Assembly: GCF_963921235.1 (NCBI RefSeq)
Contig: NC_086097.1
Location: 178,686,001 to 178,750,000, forward strand
DNA: 64,000 nt
DNA from: Mobula hypostoma
Taxonomy: Eukaryota
Direction: 5' to 3'
Program-made: the position numbers and the translations under genes
Notes under the pieces: generated by a model
Database searches by the model: none
Seen by the model: only the letters and a program-made list of their open reading frames with translations
Told to the model about the DNA's origin: nothing
Part shown: positions 59,979 through 64,000 of the stretch, piece after piece
Layout of the letters: the number at the start of each line of letters is the position of its first letter
How positions within the stretch are numbered: the first letter of the stretch is position 1

Positions 59979-60227
59979 CCTGTTCCAGGGCAGCAAAACT
60001 TCCTGCTGGGAATGAGGCATATGTGTGGCCCAGTGGTCGGACACACTTCTGCCCGCGACATGTGGAGAGAGCAGAGGAGCTGGCCAATGGCAAACGTGAA
60101 ATGACCAGCACTGGTGAGCAGTTCTCATCTCTCCGTGCATCCCCTTCCCGCTCCCACTGTTCTCCGCCAGTGTCCCCCAAACAGAGGCTGAGCAAGCTGG
60201 AAAGGTACAAGGTTTTGTTTTTGTGAG

Positions 60228-60568
60228 ACCATGAGATCATAAGACATAGGAGCAGAATGAGTCTGCTTGGCACATTGAGTCTGTTCCAGCTGATTTACCT
60301 CCTTCTCAAACCCATTCTCCTGCCTTCTCCCTCTAATCTTGGATGCCCTTCTTAATCAAGAACCTATCAACCTCCACTTCAAATATACTCAATGACTTGG
60401 CTTCGTAAACCAAATGTGGCAGGGAATTCCACAGATTCACTACTCTCTAGCTAAAGAAATTCTTCCTCATCTCTGTTCTAAAGGGACATCCTTCTATTCT
60501 GAGGCTGTACCTTCTGGTCCTAGACTCTCCCACTATTAGAAACATCCTTCGCATGTCCACTCCATCTC
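60228..60568 (-). mobile_element. CR1 3' fragment
   Basis: cataagacataggagcag tail; gaattccacagattcac..aagaaattcttcctcatctctg. Confidence 0.8.
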
Positions 60569-61225
60569 AGGGTTTCAGTGTTTGGTTATGCTGGTACAAA
60601 GAGGGATGTTCAGGCGTGAGATGGAACCCTTCCTTACAGGATGTGTTCCAGTGATGCCAGGAAGATGCAGGAGAAGAGCTGACTGGCCAGACAAAGACAG
60701 CCTTCAGCTGCTGCCTGTAGGTGTGGCCTTCTCTCGCCTCTGGCACAGGCACAGAGCCTGGTGTAGCCAGCAGCAAGAGGAAATAAGGACCTCTTTTATT
60801 TACACAGCCTGGGCAATCCTGTCTACTTGGACAGGATTCAGGCAAGTTCTGCTTTCCACTGATTTCTCCAGAGTGTTTGTTACTTTCATCCTGAGAGTGT
60901 TCACACACTTAGCTTAAAGCGTTGGCGTGAAATTGCTGGAAACCATTACCCTGCCTGGGCCCTGCAAACAGCTGTACTTATGCACTGATATCATCCTGTC
61001 TCCAGTGTGGAACTCTGAAGCTCACAATCCACATGGGCCACACAGAAACGACACTTGTCCGCTTTTGCCTCTTTATTTCCCTCCCTCCATGCTCCATGCC
61101 ATCTGTGTGAAGATGTTGTCAGTGGCTCGACCAGGAAGAGCTGAACTCCTGTTTGCTTCCTGTGAATAAGCTTTGATAAGGCAGTAAAGATGGGTGAATG
61201 TTTGGCTTTGGTTAGGCAAAGTAAA

Positions 61226-61551
61226 GTGTGTGTGATTGCAGTGTGTGCATATGTGAGAGTGTGTTCGTGTGAGTATATGTATGTGAGTGTGTGTGTGTAT
61301 GTGTGTGCGGGTGAGTGTGTTTGTGTGAGTATATGTGAGTGTGTGCGTGAGCGTGTGTTTGAGTGTGTTTGTGTGACTGTATGTGTGTGAGTGTGTTTGT
61401 GTGTATGTGAGGGTGTGATTGCAGTCTGTGTGAGTGTGTGTGTGACTATATGCATGTGGGTGTGTGTGTGAAGGTGTGTGAGTGTGTGTGTGACTATATG
61501 CATGTGGGTGTGTGTGTGAAGGTGTGTGAGTGTGTGTGTGACTGTATGTGA

Positions 61552-61600
<49 letters not shown>
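61226..61600. repeat. Compound (TG)n microsatellite with an internal 48-bp duplication
   Basis: gactata/gactgta at 61444, 61492 and 61540; pure (tg)n at 61553-61599. Confidence 0.9.
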
Positions 61601-61602
<2 letters not shown>

Positions 61603-62009
61603 CGTACTTCGGGGGTCATTAGCAGCTGACAACGTAGAGGTTTGTATGCCTGCAGTGGAATTTATTCCAGATGGCGGCAACATTTGGTTTGAAGATTGCA
61701 GCTCAAAGCAACACAGCCGCCCTGCTACAGTTACCTCAGAGCAGACGGTGTCCAGGTGGGATAAAATGTCAAGTGTGCAGCGGAGAGCGAGGATCTGTGT
61801 GCTGTCTGTGTGTAGGCATCTTTGTCACTGTGTACAGAGCTGCCTCTGTGTTAGTGTGACATTTTGTGTGTTGGTCTTGGTGTCAGGATGTATGGGGTGT
61901 CCATGTCTGCATATGTGTGTCTCACTCTGTAGGTGTGTGTGAATCTTTCTCTATTTCTCTCGAGATGTATCTCTGTGTGAGAAGCAGATATCCCTCTATA
62001 TGTGCGCTC

Positions 62010-62545
62010 GTGTCTGTCTGTGTATGAGAGTGTGTCTATGTCTATGTCTGTGTATGAGTGAGTCTGTGTCTATGTCTGCGTATGAGACTGTGCCTATGTC
62101 TGTGTTTGAAAGTGAGTCTATCTGTGTCTGTGTATGAGAGAGTGCCTATGTGTCTGTGTATGAGTGTGTCTGTGTCTGTGTATGAGAGAGTGTCTATGTC
62201 TGTGTATGAGGGTGTGTCTATGTCTGTGTCTGTGTATGAGAGTGAGTCTGTGTCTATGTCTGTGTATGAGAGTGTGTCTGTGTTTTTGTCTGTGTATGAG
62301 AGTGTGTCTTTGTCTGTGTATGAGAATGAATCTATATATGCGTCTGTGTATGAGAGTGTGCCTGTGTTTGTGTATGAGAGTGTGTCTATGTCTGTGTCTG
62401 TGTATGAGAAAATGCCAGTGTCTGTGTCTGTGTATGAGAATGAGTCTATGTCTGTGTCTGTGTGTGTGTGTCTGTGTCTGTGTGTGTGTATGAGCGTGTG
62501 TGTGTGTGTATGAGCATGTGTCTGTGTCTGTGTATGAGAGTGTGC
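62010..62545. repeat. TG-derived minisatellite, 18-30-bp units with core tgtctgtgtatgagagtg
   Basis: About 20 copies of ctgtgtatgag separated by variable numbers of 6-bp tgtcta/tgtctg blocks. Confidence 0.88.
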
Positions 62546-62649
62546 ATATTATTGCTGTAGTTGTTCATGGCTGTTTATGCACATTTATCACTTTACATGT
62601 GTACGGAGTAGTGTGTGTGCACATTAACATGCATGTACGCATGCACTAT

Positions 62650-63167
62650 AGTGTGGTGTGTGTGTGTGTGTGTTCATGTGTGTCTGTGTGTGTGTAGGTG
62701 TTTGTGTGTGAGAGAGAATGTATTTGTGTGTTTATGTGTGTATTTGTGTGCGTGTCTGCGTGTTTGTGCATGTGTGTTCATATGTCTGTTTGTATGTGTG
62801 TATATGATAGAGTGTGTGTGTGTTCATGAGTGTTTGTGTTTGTATGTGTGTGAGTTTGTGTGTGTGTGTTCGTGTGTGTGTGTGTGTGTGTGTTCATGAG
62901 TGTGTTTGTATGTGTGATAGAGTGGGTGTGTTCATGTGTGTATATGTGTGTTCACACGTGTTTTGTATATGTGTATTCATGAGTGTGTATGTGTGATAGA
63001 GTGTGTGTGTGTTTATGTGTTTATATGTGTGTGTTCACATGTGTTTGTTTTGGTGTATGTGAGTGGGTGTTTCACTGAGATCCCCACACATTCTTCTAAA
63101 TTCCATTAATCTGTTTGTATATGTGCGAGTTTGTGCGTGTGTGTCTGTTCATATGTGTGTTTGTATG

Positions 63168-63247
<80 letters not shown>

Positions 63248-63260
63248 CGCATGCGCGCGC
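62650..63260. repeat. Degenerate then pure (TG)n ending in a (CG)n tract
   Basis: Direct reading; perfect purine-pyrimidine alternation at 63207-63260. Confidence 0.9.
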
Positions 63261-63549
63261 TCCTTTATCTATTAACATCCCTTCCTGTTTCCAGTTCCTC
63301 AATGGATAGTTTGCTGACTGAAGTCAGGAAGCTTGGGTTTTTATTTGAGCGAGGAAGTCTGTTCTCCAACCCTGCGGAGATGGTGACCCACCTCTTGAAC
63401 CGACCCCAGCACATTCGCTGTCCAGCCACTACAGCGAGAGGAACCTGAAGCCCACTCAGCAATCAACAGCCTCAGCCCCACAGGCAGCTGGGGAACTCGT
63501 GCACCCTCCCCCTTCCCACCTCAGCCATGTCTGGGGAAAAGGTGTTTGA

Positions 63550-63670
63550 TTAAAACAATCACAGGGTATTTTCAGTGGGGCGGGCAGCAGATTAGAACTG
63601 ATTGGAATTAAGACGTCAGGTGATGATCAAAGCAGGAGGCAGTGGGATTGGGTTGAAGGAAATGAATCAT
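63550..63670. promoter_or_regulatory. Candidate promoter/enhancer motif cluster
   Basis: aacaat 63554, ggggcggg 63577-63584, ctgattgg (CCAATCAG) 63598-63605, gacgtca 63612-63618, atcaaag 63626-63632, all in non-repetitive sequence. Confidence 0.35.
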
Positions 63671-64000
63671 TTTCTTAGTAAATGAGCTATTCCCCCGGGT
63701 CCATGTGACTTTTAAAAGTAGCAAACATTTTACATGCACCTCCCAATGAAGAGGTTCTGTTAATCCGTGCTATAGACATGAGCTGTGACGGTGGCAGTGG
63801 GTTACAGTCTGAATCTCTGGCTTGGCTTCACTGGGATGGACAGTGACCAGGAGTTCCATGTTACTTATCACTAGGAAAAGGGTTTCCTTCTTTGTAGAAG
63901 CAGTGGATGTAGATAAGCAGTGTTGCTCCTCTCTCGCCGGTCGTTGGATTATATTGTATCGGATTGAGCAGGTTTACTCATGTTGGTCCTCCTCAGGGTT

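Noticed and set aside
60991..63448. Long HT/VC/SVYE-rich ORFs
   Set aside because: Translations of TG micro/minisatellite, not genes

Overview
This is eukaryotic, repeat-dominated DNA, intergenic or deep intronic, almost certainly from a cartilaginous fish and probably a ray. That call is inferred from HER1-like CR1 LINEs, HE1-like V-SINEs, a Deu-domain SINE and batoid-type Penelope termini. I recognise no host protein-coding gene, rRNA, tRNA or CRISPR array. Most of the window is a multi-layer nest of transposable elements. It holds many CR1 LINEs (one with a nearly intact ORF2 at 47.3-50.2 kb), many Rex1/Babar-type LINEs and a young RTE fragment with an uninterrupted RT frame. It also holds an hAT-Charlie element with an 8-bp TSD, a pogo/Tigger element with TA TSD, SINEs, and about a dozen Penelope-like element (PLE) termini plus a decayed GIY-YIG domain. 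The most interesting signal is that these PLE termini carry a minimal type I hammerhead ribozyme motif (CUGAUGA..GAAA.C.GUC with stem I pairing). Most copies are inactivated at CpG positions in the catalytic core. Several copies are inserted as compact fold-back hairpins with 10-14-bp target-site duplications. The last 3 kb is TG micro/minisatellite followed by a promoter-like motif cluster. Family assignments come from motif recognition and memory, not from database searches, and boundaries of old fragments are approximate (about 20-50 bp).
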